Origin: a virus
Lineage: Duplodnaviria > Heunggongvirae > Uroviricota > Caudoviricetes
Length of the DNA: 64,000 nucleotides
Virus record (IMG/VR): IMGVR_UViG_2513237361_000012
Location: 17,300 to 81,299 of that record
Strand: one strand, 5' to 3'
Shown: piece by piece, positions 54,293 to 63,808 of the stretch
Layout: each line of letters starts with the position of its first letter
How positions within the stretch are numbered: the stretch's first letter is position 1
Notes under the pieces: model-generated
Database searches by the model: none
What the model saw: the letters and a program-made list of their open reading frames with translations, nothing else
Told to the model about the DNA's origin: nothing
Position numbers and translations under genes: made by a program

Positions 54293-54478
54293 TTATGCCG
54301 CTTGGCGGTAAGCACTTTCTTGATACTTCAGGGCGCCAGCTGTAACGATTTCCAATCGATAGGCGTCTTTCTCTGGGATAACTTCTTTCCACTGAGAGAC
54401 TGCTGCATCGCTAATGCCTAGTGCTTTAGCAACAGCACGCTGGGTTCCGAAGTGGTCAATAACATCTTTTTTGTACAT
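54293..54478 (-). CDS. cro: Cro repressor (P22-type)
   Basis: 61-aa HTH protein divergent from the c2-type repressor. Confidence 0.8.
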   Translation of the reverse strand: MYKKDVIDHFGTQRAVAKALGISDAAVSQWKEVIPEKDAYRLEIVTAGALKYQESAYRQAA

Positions 54479-54558
54479 AGACTCGCTCCGAAATTAAAGA
54501 ACACTTAAATTATCCACCAAAGGAATCTTAAGTCAAGTTTATTTAAGATGTCTTAACT
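54479..54558. promoter_or_regulatory. OR/PR/PRM region with P22-type operators
   Basis: 18-bp symmetric sites of form ATTNAAG....CTTNAAT (ATTAAAGAACACTTAAAT, ATTTAAGATGTCTTAACT) between cro and repressor gene. Confidence 0.55.
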
Positions 54559-55209
54559 ATGAATACACAACTGATGGGTGAGCGTATTCGCGCTCGCAGA
54601 AAAGAACTCAAGATTAGGCAGGCTGCCCTTGGCAAGATGGTTGGCGTGTCTAATGTTGCTATTTCCCAATGGGAGCGATCTGAAACTGAGCCCAATGGCG
54701 AAAACCTATTGGCCTTAGCCAAGGCTTTGCAGTGCTCCCCTGATTACCTGTTGAAAGGAGAGGATAGTCTTTCAAACATTGCCTATCACAGCAGGCATGA
54801 TCCAAGAGGTTCGTATCCTCTAATTAGTTGGGTAAGCGCAGGATGTTGGATGGAAGCTGTAGAGCCATATCATAGGCGTGCAATAGATAACTGGTACGAC
54901 ACAACGGTAGATTGTTCTGAAGACTCTTTTTGGCTCGACGTTAAAGGCGATTCAATGACTGCCCCGGCAGGACTGAGTATTCCTGAGGGGATGATTATTC
55001 TCGTCGACCCAGAAGTCGAACCACGTAATGGAAAGCTGGTAGTCGCCAAACTTGAAGGAGAAAACGAGGCGACATTCAAAAAGTTAGTTATTGATGCCGG
55101 TAGAAAATTCCTGAAACCACTCAATCCACAATACCCAATGATTGAAATCAATGGGAACTGTAAAATCATTGGCGTTGTCGTTGATGCCAAGCTAGCAAAC
55201 CTTCCTTAA
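54559..55209 (+). CDS. c2: P22 C2-type immunity repressor (LexA-like S24 peptidase fold)
   Basis: MNTQLMGERIRARRKELKIRQAALGKMVGVSNVAISQWERSE... N-terminal HTH and C-terminal S24 domain. Confidence 0.9.
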   Translation: MNTQLMGERIRARRKELKIRQAALGKMVGVSNVAISQWERSETEPNGENLLALAKALQCSPDYLLKGEDSLSNIAYHSRHDPRGSYPLISWVSAGCWMEAVEPYHRRAIDNWYDTTVDCSEDSFWLDVKGDSMTAPAGLSIPEGMIILVDPEVEPRNGKLVVAKLEGENEATFKKLVIDAGRKFLKPLNPQYPMIEINGNCKIIGVVVDAKLANLP

Positions 55210-55232
55210 GGGGCTTTCGCCCCTTTTTTTAT
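55210..55232 (+). terminator. rho-independent terminator after repressor gene
   Basis: GGGGC-TTTC-GCCCC followed by T7. Confidence 0.6.
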
Positions 55233-55269
55233 TTCCCGTTAAAAATCAAAGACAAACTAAATTCACGCC

Positions 55270-55413
55270 CATAAAATTAAGTTTTCTTCAAAAATGCACT
55301 TGACCAATAAATTAAGAAGTCTTAAATTTAAGCCATCAGCAGGACGCTGGAAGCCAAACGGAACAGATTGGCAGGCTCTTTAACATCGACGGACTCTCAA
55401 CCTAACCGTTGAG
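55270..55413 (+). promoter_or_regulatory. OL/PL with nutL (boxA GCTCTTTAA, boxB-like hairpin)
   Basis: Operator-like ATTAAGAAGTCTTAAATT next to TTGACC -35; boxA-like CGCTCTTTAACA variant and CTCAAC...GTTGAG hairpin upstream of N-like gene. Confidence 0.45.
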
Positions 55414-55524
55414 ACCAGAACTTGAGTGGTTTTGGGGATGGCGCGAATTGCAGCTGCAAGACAGCGATCGAGAAGATAAGCACCTCGACGCGTCATGCGC
55501 CAAAGCCACTTAAAGGAGACCATC

Positions 55525-55797
55525 ATGGTAACCATTGTCTGGAAAGAATCCAAAGGTACGGCAAAAAGCCGCTACAAAGCTCGCAGAGCAGAACTTATTG
55601 CCGAGCGACGCAGTAATGAAGCACTGGCGCGAAAAATTGCGCTAAAGCTCTCTGGTTGCGTCAGAGCAGACAAAGCAGCATCACTAGGAAGCCTTTGCTG
55701 CAAGAAGGCAGATGAATGCAGTGGAAGTATTTGCCTGCCAAATGTAGCTCTTTACGCGGCAGGCTATCGGAAATCAAAACAACTGACAGCAAGATGA
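55525..55797 (+). CDS. N-like antitermination protein (P22 gene 24-type)
   Basis: Start at MVTIV with RBS AAGGAG; N-terminal arginine-rich motif KSRYKARRAELIAERR; first gene after PL/nutL. Confidence 0.6.
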   Translation: MVTIVWKESKGTAKSRYKARRAELIAERRSNEALARKIALKLSGCVRADKAASLGSLCCKKADECSGSICLPNVALYAAGYRKSKQLTAR

Positions 55798-55813
55798 TAA
55801 ATTAATTTGCTAA

Positions 55814-56395
55814 TTACTTGTTTTTGCCGTGCTTATCCTGAGCGATAAGTTCATCCATAAGACTGTCTTTCTTCCCAGCAAACCTAATGTAGCACTCATT
55901 TCTATAGCGTTCTGGGATAACAAAACGGTCGATTTCAGGATATCCAGTAGCAGAAGGTATCCGAATAAGAAGCCCTTTTTCGAGCAATGAGATTGCTTCA
56001 GGGCTTCCCTTTTCCGTTTGTAGCTGGTTATTAGCGACTACAGCGAGTGCCAAATACGCTCTTTCTCCAAGAGTTAACGAATCAAACAAATCTTGCACGT
56101 ATTTCTCTTCTTTAGATTTGCGCTTCTGAGCAGCGAATACCTCAATTCTTTCAGTCACAGCGTGATAAGCGGAATTAACAACGCCGTTAAGCACATAGCT
56201 AACGCAAAACAACAGGATGTAATACATCCAGTAATGAGGAAGGATTTCTGGATTATGCAGGTTTATCCATTCTTTTACGCTTACCGGCATAACAATAATC
56301 AATATGATCAGGATGATTAGCATATGAATCAACTGTTTAAGTGTCATTCCTTGCAGGAAAAAATGCATTAGTTCCTGCCACCATGAGTTGTTCAT
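55814..56395 (-). CDS. sieB: superinfection exclusion protein SieB
   Basis: 193-aa protein with N-terminal membrane helices, SieB-like sequence; convergent with N as in lambda/P22. Confidence 0.75.
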   Translation of the reverse strand: MNNSWWQELMHFFLQGMTLKQLIHMLIILIILIIVMPVSVKEWINLHNPEILPHYWMYYILLFCVSYVLNGVVNSAYHAVTERIEVFAAQKRKSKEEKYVQDLFDSLTLGERAYLALAVVANNQLQTEKGSPEAISLLEKGLLIRIPSATGYPEIDRFVIPERYRNECYIRFAGKKDSLMDELIAQDKHGKNK

Positions 56396-56591
56396 CGGCG
56401 TTTCTCTTTTGCTCTCTGTAGGGGTGAATAGAGTTTATCCGATTTCTCGCTGTAGGGGTACACGAGAACCACCGAGCCTGATGTGGTTAAAAGACAGGCA
56501 CAATCTTTACTACCGCAAGCCACGCAGTGAAATGGGTGTGACTTGTGTTGGTCGCCAGAAAATGAAATTAGGCAGCAAACCACTTATTTGA
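56388..56591 (+). pseudogene. remnant resembling the C-terminus of lambda N (no ATG start; TTG only)
   Basis: ...GVTCVGRQKMKLGSKPLI closely resembles the lambda N C-terminus ...GITCSGRQKIKGKSIPLI; no N-terminal ARM. Confidence 0.35.
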
Positions 56592-56602
56592 GAGGAATTA
56601 AT

Positions 56603-57226
56603 ATGTCATCAATCCGCTTAACTACGAGAATGAAAGAGGGAATCGCTCGTAACGCTTTAATTAAGTCTGGGGTTTTCACTGAACTTGAAGAAGTAACAAA
56701 GTTAAAGAACCAGCTTGCACTTGACGCCAGAGTTATTGCGTTTGGCGGTAAAAAGAAAACTGAGGAAGTGGATCATTTATATTCCAAGTTAGTAGCTATA
56801 AGTGAAGAACTTGGAAAACTGGGATGTTCATTTTACTCATACGATGTTCGTTCTACTTCAATTTATCTGACTGTATCTGGCAGAAGGGTTGGATGGCATT
56901 CATATGGGAAAGACGGCAACGGCGAAGATATATTGCTCCCTACTCCGACCAAAGATAAATGCATGTTTGACGCAGAGCACGAAATAACAAAAAGGTTTGA
57001 TGAAATCTGCGCATTGCAACAAAAACTTGAAGCCAAGAAAAAGGATATCGAATCAAATGTATGGGCTGCTTTGAACTCAGTCACAACAGTTAAGCGACTT
57101 ATTGAGGTTTGGCCTGAAAGCAAAGAATTGCTACCAAAAGAAGCAGATAAAGCAAGTACAGCACTTCCTGCTTTACGGGTAGAAGATTTGAATAAGATGA
57201 TTGGACTTCCTTCCGAGGCCGCATAG
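56603..57226 (+). CDS. hypothetical PL-operon protein
   Basis: 208-aa ORF with RBS; start at MSSIRL. Confidence 0.45.
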   Translation: MSSIRLTTRMKEGIARNALIKSGVFTELEEVTKLKNQLALDARVIAFGGKKKTEEVDHLYSKLVAISEELGKLGCSFYSYDVRSTSIYLTVSGRRVGWHSYGKDGNGEDILLPTPTKDKCMFDAEHEITKRFDEICALQQKLEAKKKDIESNVWAALNSVTTVKRLIEVWPESKELLPKEADKASTALPALRVEDLNKMIGLPSEAA

Positions 57227-57399
57227 TCGGCCTTTATTTTTAGCATAAACAACAGAATAAACACAGCACTGTGTATTCATTCCAACGAGTGAATACACGG
57301 AGCAATGTCGCTCGTAACTAAACAGGAGCCGACTTGTTCTGATTATTGGAAATCTTCTTTGCCCTCCAGTGTGAGGGCGATTTTTTTGATGGAGGATAT

Positions 57400-58368
57400 A
57401 TGAGTGAAGTAACAGATTTAGTTGTTATTGAAAAAGCAAATGCAATGACTGTATTTCAGTCTGCCGACCAGATTGAAGAAATCCTTCAAAAGGTTGAACG
57501 TGAAGTTATGTCCTTTGTGCCTGATATCACAACGGCAAAGGGCAGAAAGGAGATCGCTTCTCTGGCGTATAAAGTTGCGCAGACGAAAACATATCTCGAT
57601 GGTCTTGGCAAAGACCTTGTTGCTGAACTGAAGGAAATTCCAAAGCTAATTGATGCCAACCGCAAGACAGTGCGTGATCGCCTTGATGAGCTGAAAGCCA
57701 AGGCACGCCAGCCTCTTACTGATTATGAGGAAGAACAGGCGCGGATTAAAGCTGAAGAAGAAGCTAAGGCAGCAGCTGAAGCTCTCGCAAAGCAAATTGA
57801 GTCTGACCATGAAATAGCGATTTTGATGGATCGCGAATTTGACCGCCAAAGAGAAGAGGCAAGACTCAAAGCGGAGCAGGAAAAGCGAGAGCATGAAGAA
57901 CGCTTAAAAAGAGAAGCTGAAGAGAAAGCCAGAGCAGAAGCCGAAGCAAAGGCAAAAGCCGAAATTGAAGCAGCAGCAAGGCGAGAAGCAGAAGCTAAGG
58001 CCGCAGCGGAACGTGCAGAGCGTGAACGCATTGAAGCAGAGCAACGAGCACAGCGCGAAGCAAAAGAGGCAGCAGAACGAGCTGAAAGAGAAAAGCAGGC
58101 GGCAATTGAAGCAGAACGCCGAAAAGCACAGGAGGAGGCTGAACGAATCCGGCGCGAGGCTGAAGCAAAAGAGCAAGCCAGAATAGCAGAAGAAAAAAGA
58201 ATCAAGGAAGAAGAAGAGCGTAGAGCAAAGGATAAAGCTCACCGGAAAGAAGTAAATAACAAAATACTTGCTGACCTTATCAAGGTTGGCGCACCAGAAG
58301 ATGTTGCTAAAAATATCATAACAGCCATCGTAAAAGGCGAAGTATTCGCAACAAAAATAACCTACTAA
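57400..58368 (+). CDS. coiled-coil protein with E/A/K/R-rich low-complexity core
   Basis: ~323 aa; central ~200 aa of repetitive AEAKA/EAERA; structured N- and C-termini. Confidence 0.5.
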   Translation: MSEVTDLVVIEKANAMTVFQSADQIEEILQKVEREVMSFVPDITTAKGRKEIASLAYKVAQTKTYLDGLGKDLVAELKEIPKLIDANRKTVRDRLDELKAKARQPLTDYEEEQARIKAEEEAKAAAEALAKQIESDHEIAILMDREFDRQREEARLKAEQEKREHEERLKREAEEKARAEAEAKAKAEIEAAARREAEAKAAAERAERERIEAEQRAQREAKEAAERAEREKQAAIEAERRKAQEEAERIRREAEAKEQARIAEEKRIKEEEERRAKDKAHRKEVNNKILADLIKVGAPEDVAKNIITAIVKGEVFATKITY

Positions 58369-58392
58369 TAAAACCAACATAAGGAACCACCC

Positions 58393-58524
58393 ATGATTTA
58401 CGCAATCGCGGGAGGCGCTCGCATGGGTGCCTTCCAACTAAATGAATCTTTACTTGAACGAATCACCCGTAAATTACGTGACGGATGGAAAAGAGTTGAG
58501 GTCTTATTATGCGCAATGAAATAG
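58393..58524 (+). CDS. cIII: CIII-like protein (FtsH inhibitor)
   Basis: 43-aa ORF containing ESLLERITRKLRDGWKR, the conserved lambda CIII core. Confidence 0.6.
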   Translation: MIYAIAGGARMGAFQLNESLLERITRKLRDGWKRVEVLLCAMK

Positions 58525-58661
58525 CCATCAATCACCAGATGCTTCGTGCAGCACAAAACAAAGCAGTAATAGCCATCTTTATTGGTGATTCAAAAATGTG
58601 GCTTGAAGCAAATAAAGCGATGAAATCAGCTATCAACCTTCCGTGGTATCGCAGGAAATGA
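58509..58661 (+). CDS. Kil-like small protein
   Basis: 50-aa ORF with IAIFIGDSKMW resembling lambda Kil; follows cIII. Confidence 0.4.
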   Translation: MRNEIAINHQMLRAAQNKAVIAIFIGDSKMWLEANKAMKSAINLPWYRRK

Positions 58662-58917
58662 GTTTTACAGATAACTGGTCAGACGAAGAATTCATTCGTC
58701 AGATGAAAGATTTAATCGGTAACGAAGGAGATATTCATGTCACTTGCAACCACGGTGAAGGAGAGCAAGTTACAGAGACGCATGTACACGCAGAAAGCTC
58801 TCTGGTATCGCCATAATGGCGACCGCGAAGGAATGCGGGTATGCCTTAATTTGTCCAGAGTCGAAGTATTAAATCAGCGTTATTTCCTTGGGCCGTGTCC
58901 ATTCTGAGAACAATCAT

Positions 58918-59523
58918 ATGAGCAAAGAATTTTACGCAAGACTGGCAGCTATTCAGGAGAATCTGAACGCGCCAAAGAATCAGTACAACTCATTCGGTAA
59001 ATATAAATACAGAAGCTGCGAAGACATTCTTGAAGGCGTTAAGCCGTTACTGAATGGTCTGTTTTTATCAATCAGCGATGAAGTTGTGTTGATTGGTGAT
59101 CGGTATTACGTGAAAGCCACGGCAACTATTACCGATGGCGAAAACAGTCATACAGCAACCGCTCTTGCACGAGAGGAAGAAAGCAAGAAAGGAATGGATT
59201 CTGCACAAGTTACGGGAGCTACAAGCTCTTATGCACGCAAGTATTGCCTCAATGGTTTATTCGGCATTGATGATGCGAAAGATGCAGATACCGACGAGCA
59301 TAAACATCAGCAGAACGCAGCAGCAAAGCAATCAAAACCATCACCTACGCCTGAACAGGTTCTAAAAGCATTCACTGACGCAGCAATGCAGAAAAACACC
59401 GTGGAAGAGCTTAAACAGGCGTTCGCCAAAGCGTGGAAGATGCTCGAAGGCACACCGGAGCAGCACAAAGCGCAGGACGTTTACAACATCAGACGAGACG
59501 AATTAGAAGGAGCGGCTGCTTAA
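58918..59523 (+). CDS. erf: Erf-family single-strand annealing protein (P22 Erf-like)
   Basis: MSKEFYARLAAIQENLNAPKNQYNSFGKYKYRSCEDILEG... matches P22 Erf N-terminus. Confidence 0.8.
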   Translation: MSKEFYARLAAIQENLNAPKNQYNSFGKYKYRSCEDILEGVKPLLNGLFLSISDEVVLIGDRYYVKATATITDGENSHTATALAREEESKKGMDSAQVTGATSSYARKYCLNGLFGIDDAKDADTDEHKHQQNAAAKQSKPSPTPEQVLKAFTDAAMQKNTVEELKQAFAKAWKMLEGTPEQHKAQDVYNIRRDELEGAAA

Positions 59524-59906
59524 TGGCACATTCGATTACTGTAAGACTAAACAAACCCGCAAGAGAGTTTCAGGCCGGGGAAAATATCGGATTCAACATC
59601 CGTGCTGGCGTTCAGTATTACGATCGCCAGACAAAAAAGAAAGAATGGACAAACTACAGCGCCGTTGTATTTGCCAAGCCGGGAGCGCAAGCGGATTACT
59701 ATCGTAGCGTTCTGGTTGAAGGTGGCATTGTGGAAATTACCGGAGAAAACATCAGGGTTGATGTTTATCAGGGGCAAAATGGTCAATCAATCACTCTTGA
59801 ATTACTGAATGCAAAGATTGGATTTGCAACTTCAGGAAACAGCCAACAGCAACAAAGTAGCAATCATCAAAATCATCCTGAATACGACGATTCAATTCCC
59901 TTCTAA
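59523..59906 (+). CDS. short SSB-like single-stranded DNA-binding protein
   Basis: OB-fold-like N-terminus, Q/S-rich linker and acidic C-terminal tail ending DDSIPF as in SSB. Confidence 0.55.
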   Translation: MAHSITVRLNKPAREFQAGENIGFNIRAGVQYYDRQTKKKEWTNYSAVVFAKPGAQADYYRSVLVEGGIVEITGENIRVDVYQGQNGQSITLELLNAKIGFATSGNSQQQQSSNHQNHPEYDDSIPF

Positions 59907-59928
59907 ATTAGCAAATAAGGATTCCATT

Positions 59929-60225
59929 ATGCCAGCGCCTCAGTATGGTGCGGATGACCCGCGCCGCTGTTCCGGCAATTCCGTATCGGAGGTGCTGGAT
60001 AAATTCAGGAAAAACTACGACCGGATAATGTCTCTACCGCAGGAAACGAAAGAGGAAAAGGAATTTCGCCATTGTATATGGCTTGCAGAGAAAGAAGAGC
60101 GCGAGCGAATTTACCAGACATCAATCCGACCATTCCGCAAAGCCACATATACCCACTTCCCTGAATATATCGACCCGCGCCTGCGTAATTACCGATCACG
60201 CTATGGCGCTATCAGTAATGACTGA
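59929..60225 (+). CDS. hypothetical early protein
   Basis: 98-aa ORF. Confidence 0.35.
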   Translation: MPAPQYGADDPRRCSGNSVSEVLDKFRKNYDRIMSLPQETKEEKEFRHCIWLAEKEERERIYQTSIRPFRKATYTHFPEYIDPRLRNYRSRYGAISND

Positions 60226-60235
60226 GGAATTTACC

Positions 60236-60400
60236 ATGAGAGGACTTGCATACAATCCCGGCATTCTTCCGGCAGAAATGATTATTCGCCAACGCGTAAA
60301 GCCAATGCCATCGAGAGAGGAATTGCTTAAGAGAAATTCTTTTCCTTCAGTGAATCAAAACAAATATCTGAATGCGATGTGGCGGAGTGGCAAGAAATGA
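60236..60400 (+). CDS. hypothetical small protein
   Basis: 54-aa ORF with RBS GAGGAA. Confidence 0.25.
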   Translation: MRGLAYNPGILPAEMIIRQRVKPMPSREELLKRNSFPSVNQNKYLNAMWRSGKK

Positions 60401-61014
60401 AACAAATGTCACTAATTGAGATGGATGGTTTTCTGAAAGGTAAATGCATCCCACGAGATCTAAAGGTTAACGAAACAAACGCTGAATATCTGGTGCGTAA
60501 ATTTGCTGAAGCGGAGGCCAAGTGCGCGGAGCTGGCGGCGGAGAATGCGGGGCTGAAGGCCGGGGCTATGTATTTCTCATATGGCTCTGAATTTAGTTTC
60601 GAGTGTCACAAAACTGCTGAGGAGGCTATCGCTGCTGCTGAGGCTGCAATTGACGACTATAGAGGCGATGCTTGCGATGGATGGAGCGAAGAGGTCGAAA
60701 GCATTTGCTGGGGGGTAATTATTCAGCAGGCAACCAAGGTCGGTGAACGCAAGAAGAGGAAATGCGACAGAGTATCACCATGGATTGAAAGAGTTTGTGA
60801 TTATGAGCTTCGACCTAATGTCGAAACCCCAGCCACCGACGCTTTCCTGGCTGAAGTCCGGGCGCAGGGGGTAGAGATGTACGCAGATAACCTCGACAAC
60901 GCAGCAGACGACGCAGAACGAGGTGGTTTTGATTATGCCGTTAAGTTTCTACGCAGTGAAGCGTCTGGTGTACGTTTGTTCGCCGACCAGCTTCGCAAAG
61001 GAGGCAACCAGTGA
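60397..61014 (+). CDS. hypothetical early protein
   Basis: ~205-aa ORF in the xis-proximal early region. Confidence 0.4.
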   Translation: MKQMSLIEMDGFLKGKCIPRDLKVNETNAEYLVRKFAEAEAKCAELAAENAGLKAGAMYFSYGSEFSFECHKTAEEAIAAAEAAIDDYRGDACDGWSEEVESICWGVIIQQATKVGERKKRKCDRVSPWIERVCDYELRPNVETPATDAFLAEVRAQGVEMYADNLDNAADDAERGGFDYAVKFLRSEASGVRLFADQLRKGGNQ

Positions 61015-61826
61015 GCGAAATTAATTACCAGGCACTGCGTGAGGCGGCGGAACGTGCAATTCCAGCAATGGAACGCCTGTTAATGTTGCCAGTTGATGAT
61101 GATTTGTTAAGTGAACAGGAACTTAAAGATTACGGTGTGGATATTGATGCGCTCAACGCCTTCAAGCTTCTGGCAGGGCCAGAAACCGTGCTGGCACTGC
61201 TGGATGAACGGGAAAGAAACCAGCAATACATCAAACGCCGCGACCAGGAAAACGAAATGATGGTTGATGCCATGCACGCGGCTATTGCCCTGACAAGTGT
61301 TGGAATAGACCTGGACGATTACGACGAATGCGTCTTGCGACTACATGAATGGGGCGCTTTACCTGACTATTGCATTGCGCTTTATGTGGATTTCGTTCAC
61401 GGAATTGTATCGAAAAACAAACTTCTGGATTTTGGTTATATCAACGGTGCACCGGTATGGACGTTGCGTGATGAGCTGGAAGCAGCAAAATCAAAACTCA
61501 ACGAGCAGCGTGAGTATTACGAAGGTGTTATCTCGGATGGAAGTAAGCGTATTGCTGAACTGGAAGCACGGGAAATAAAACCAGCCAAAGGTGAAGTTCT
61601 TGTCGTTGTTTCTGGTTTTACTGGTTGCGGAAAAAGCGCCATTGCCGGGGAAATAGAAATCGCGATGAAGGCTATTGGTGTACCGGTTCAGTGGACTAAT
61701 GGCGATGCGGAAAAGCGCATGACAGGAGCTGACTGGCTGACAGCGATTGAGATGTACAAACCAACAGTGCGCATCGTGGAAGTTAATGTGCCACGCGCCG
61801 CTGGCATTCGCATCAAAGGAGAGTGA
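61011..61826 (+). CDS. Ead/Ea22-like early protein
   Basis: 271-aa ORF of the type common in lambdoid early-left regions; family call from memory. Confidence 0.4.
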   Translation: MSEINYQALREAAERAIPAMERLLMLPVDDDLLSEQELKDYGVDIDALNAFKLLAGPETVLALLDERERNQQYIKRRDQENEMMVDAMHAAIALTSVGIDLDDYDECVLRLHEWGALPDYCIALYVDFVHGIVSKNKLLDFGYINGAPVWTLRDELEAAKSKLNEQREYYEGVISDGSKRIAELEAREIKPAKGEVLVVVSGFTGCGKSAIAGEIEIAMKAIGVPVQWTNGDAEKRMTGADWLTAIEMYKPTVRIVEVNVPRAAGIRIKGE

Positions 61827-61827
61827 G

Positions 61828-62019
61828 ATGAACGGACAGATATCAATTGTTCGACCAGGAGCATGTGACGATCGCGAAATACGAATGATTATTCGTCTGG
61901 CGATGGGGAAAACAATAACAGCTCTCATTACTCCAGAAAATCTCGCATTAGCTTTAACCGGAAAGTCAGACCTGCCAGTGGAGCTAAAACTGCGAAATGT
62001 TGAGATTAAGGTGAAATAG
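61828..62019 (+). CDS. hypothetical small protein
   Basis: 63-aa ORF. Confidence 0.3.
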   Translation: MNGQISIVRPGACDDREIRMIIRLAMGKTITALITPENLALALTGKSDLPVELKLRNVEIKVK

Positions 62020-62021
62020 CC

Positions 62022-62843
62022 ATGACCACTATTACCAAAGAACGTATTGAATTGTTCATTAAAAATCCGCTTGAAAACGGGCTTACTCGTGGCGAACAAA
62101 TGGAACTGGCACGAATTGCACTGGCATCACTGGAAGCAGATCCAGTTGCTTATATTTTCAAACATCCTGCCGGGAAATTATTCTGGGCTTTAACGGATGA
62201 AAGCAATAAAGAGCAAGCGGACGTTATTCCTGTTTATGCTGCCGCGCCTGCGTCGGTTGTGCCGGATAATGCATCAGAGCCTCTTGCTTATGCTTACAAA
62301 GAGCTTACGCCTGAGATTATGAGCAACCATTTAGCTGTATTCGAGCGATATGGAATAGCCCCAAACGATAGCTCTACCACAATTCATGCACTGCGAATCG
62401 CGCTGGATGGCATAGAGCGGAGCGACGCGATGCTTCATGGTGCCGAACCTGTAAGCCAAACTTACAAGTTGCCAGTTAATACACCTTGCAAAGATGCGCC
62501 AGCCCATATCTGGCTGCAAACGGCTGGAGTATGGCCAGAAGATGGCGAGTTAAGCGAATTAACGTGGCGCAGCCACAATCAGCACCATGATGACACGCTA
62601 TATGTTCGAGCTGACTTGGTAAATGGCAACTCTCCGGTAACTCCGGATGGTTGGATAAGCTGTAGTGAGCGAATGCCGGATAAGTTAATTCCGGTAATGG
62701 TCATGTATGAAGACGGTGAGATGTGGTCTGCAATGTGGAATGGTAATCGCTGGGATGATGGCACCGAATATCCGGATCCGCACTCAGTTACGCACTGGCG
62801 TGAAATGCCAGCAGCACCGAAGCAGGAGGTTAACCGTGGCTAA
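62022..62843 (+). CDS. DUF551-like phage protein
   Basis: 273-aa ORF with C-terminal W/D-rich segment typical of DUF551-type prophage proteins. Confidence 0.45.
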   Translation: MTTITKERIELFIKNPLENGLTRGEQMELARIALASLEADPVAYIFKHPAGKLFWALTDESNKEQADVIPVYAAAPASVVPDNASEPLAYAYKELTPEIMSNHLAVFERYGIAPNDSSTTIHALRIALDGIERSDAMLHGAEPVSQTYKLPVNTPCKDAPAHIWLQTAGVWPEDGELSELTWRSHNQHHDDTLYVRADLVNGNSPVTPDGWISCSERMPDKLIPVMVMYEDGEMWSAMWNGNRWDDGTEYPDPHSVTHWREMPAAPKQEVNRG

Positions 62844-63120
62844 CCTGCAACTTGCCGTCAAAGGTGAATACTTCGATGCCATGATTCGCGGAGAGAAAAC
62901 GGAAGAGTATCGCCTGTGTAATGACTACTGGAATAAGCGAATTATGTTCAGGGAGTATGACCGCCTGATTATCACAAAGGGATATCCGAAGCGCGACGAT
63001 TCCAGCCGTAGAATTGATGTTCCGTATGACGGATATGAAATCAAGACAATCACACATCCGCACTTCGGCGATAAACCGGTAAAGGTGTTCGCGATAAAGG
63101 TGAATATCGGCAATGAATAA
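62836..63120 (+). CDS. hypothetical protein (GTG start)
   Basis: 94-aa ORF with RBS AGGAGG before GTG. Confidence 0.4.
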   Translation: MANLQLAVKGEYFDAMIRGEKTEEYRLCNDYWNKRIMFREYDRLIITKGYPKRDDSSRRIDVPYDGYEIKTITHPHFGDKPVKVFAIKVNIGNE

Positions 63121-63345
63121 CAATCCTCGAACTCGCGGGGATTTCTTTTATCTGAACTCGCTACGGCGGGTTTTGTTTTATGGAGATGATAAATGCACTT
63201 TCGAGTCACAGGTGAATGGAATGGAGAGCCATTCGACAGAGTTATCGAAGCAGAGGATATCAATGACTGCTATAACCACTGGATGATATGGGCGCAGATA
63301 GCACATGCAGAAGTAACCAATATTCAAATTGAAGAACTGAATGAA

Positions 63346-63367
63346 CACCAAACCGCCTGATGGCGGT
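63346..63367 (+). terminator. rho-independent terminator
   Basis: CCGCC-TGAT-GGCGG followed by T6. Confidence 0.55.
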
Positions 63368-63386
63368 TTTTTATTGGAGACAAGAA

Positions 63387-63731
63387 ATGTCAGATTTGGC
63401 TATGAAGGTTTTGAAATGGCAATCGACTGGCGATGTCGGCATCAGTAGCGCAACTCTTGCCTCAATCGCATGTGGACTGAAAAAGAATATCTATGGTCAT
63501 CACTTCGGCGCTCCACATGACGCAGCCGATTTCCGACGATGCGTTGCACTGGTTGAGCAGATCCCAGAAATCAGAGATTCATTCGACAAGGTTGCAAAGC
63601 GCGTTCCGGCATTCAAAGGAATCCTCAACGAATGGGATTCCCTCGTTGCTCTGTTGAAGTCTGAAATGAAGATACACGGAAACAAAGCACCAGAGACTTA
63701 CAGAAGAATCAGCGAGCTACGCAAGGACTAA
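63387..63731 (+). CDS. hypothetical protein
   Basis: ~114-aa ORF. Confidence 0.4.
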   Translation: MSDLAMKVLKWQSTGDVGISSATLASIACGLKKNIYGHHFGAPHDAADFRRCVALVEQIPEIRDSFDKVAKRVPAFKGILNEWDSLVALLKSEMKIHGNKAPETYRRISELRKD

Positions 63732-63770
63732 CGCCTCACACTCGATGAGGCCTGTACATATCTGATAGAG

Positions 63771-63795
63771 CCGCTATATGGCGGTTTCTTTTTGC
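63771..63795 (+). terminator. rho-independent terminator-like hairpin
   Basis: GCCGC-TATAT-GGCGG followed by a T-rich run. Confidence 0.45.
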
Positions 63796-63808
63796 CTGGA
63801 GAATTAAG

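Noticed and set aside
57723-58437. Minus-strand ORFs of 160 and 177 aa rich in Ala/Ser/Cys/Phe
   Set aside because: Antisense translations of the repetitive E/A/K/R-rich gene; low-complexity artefacts.
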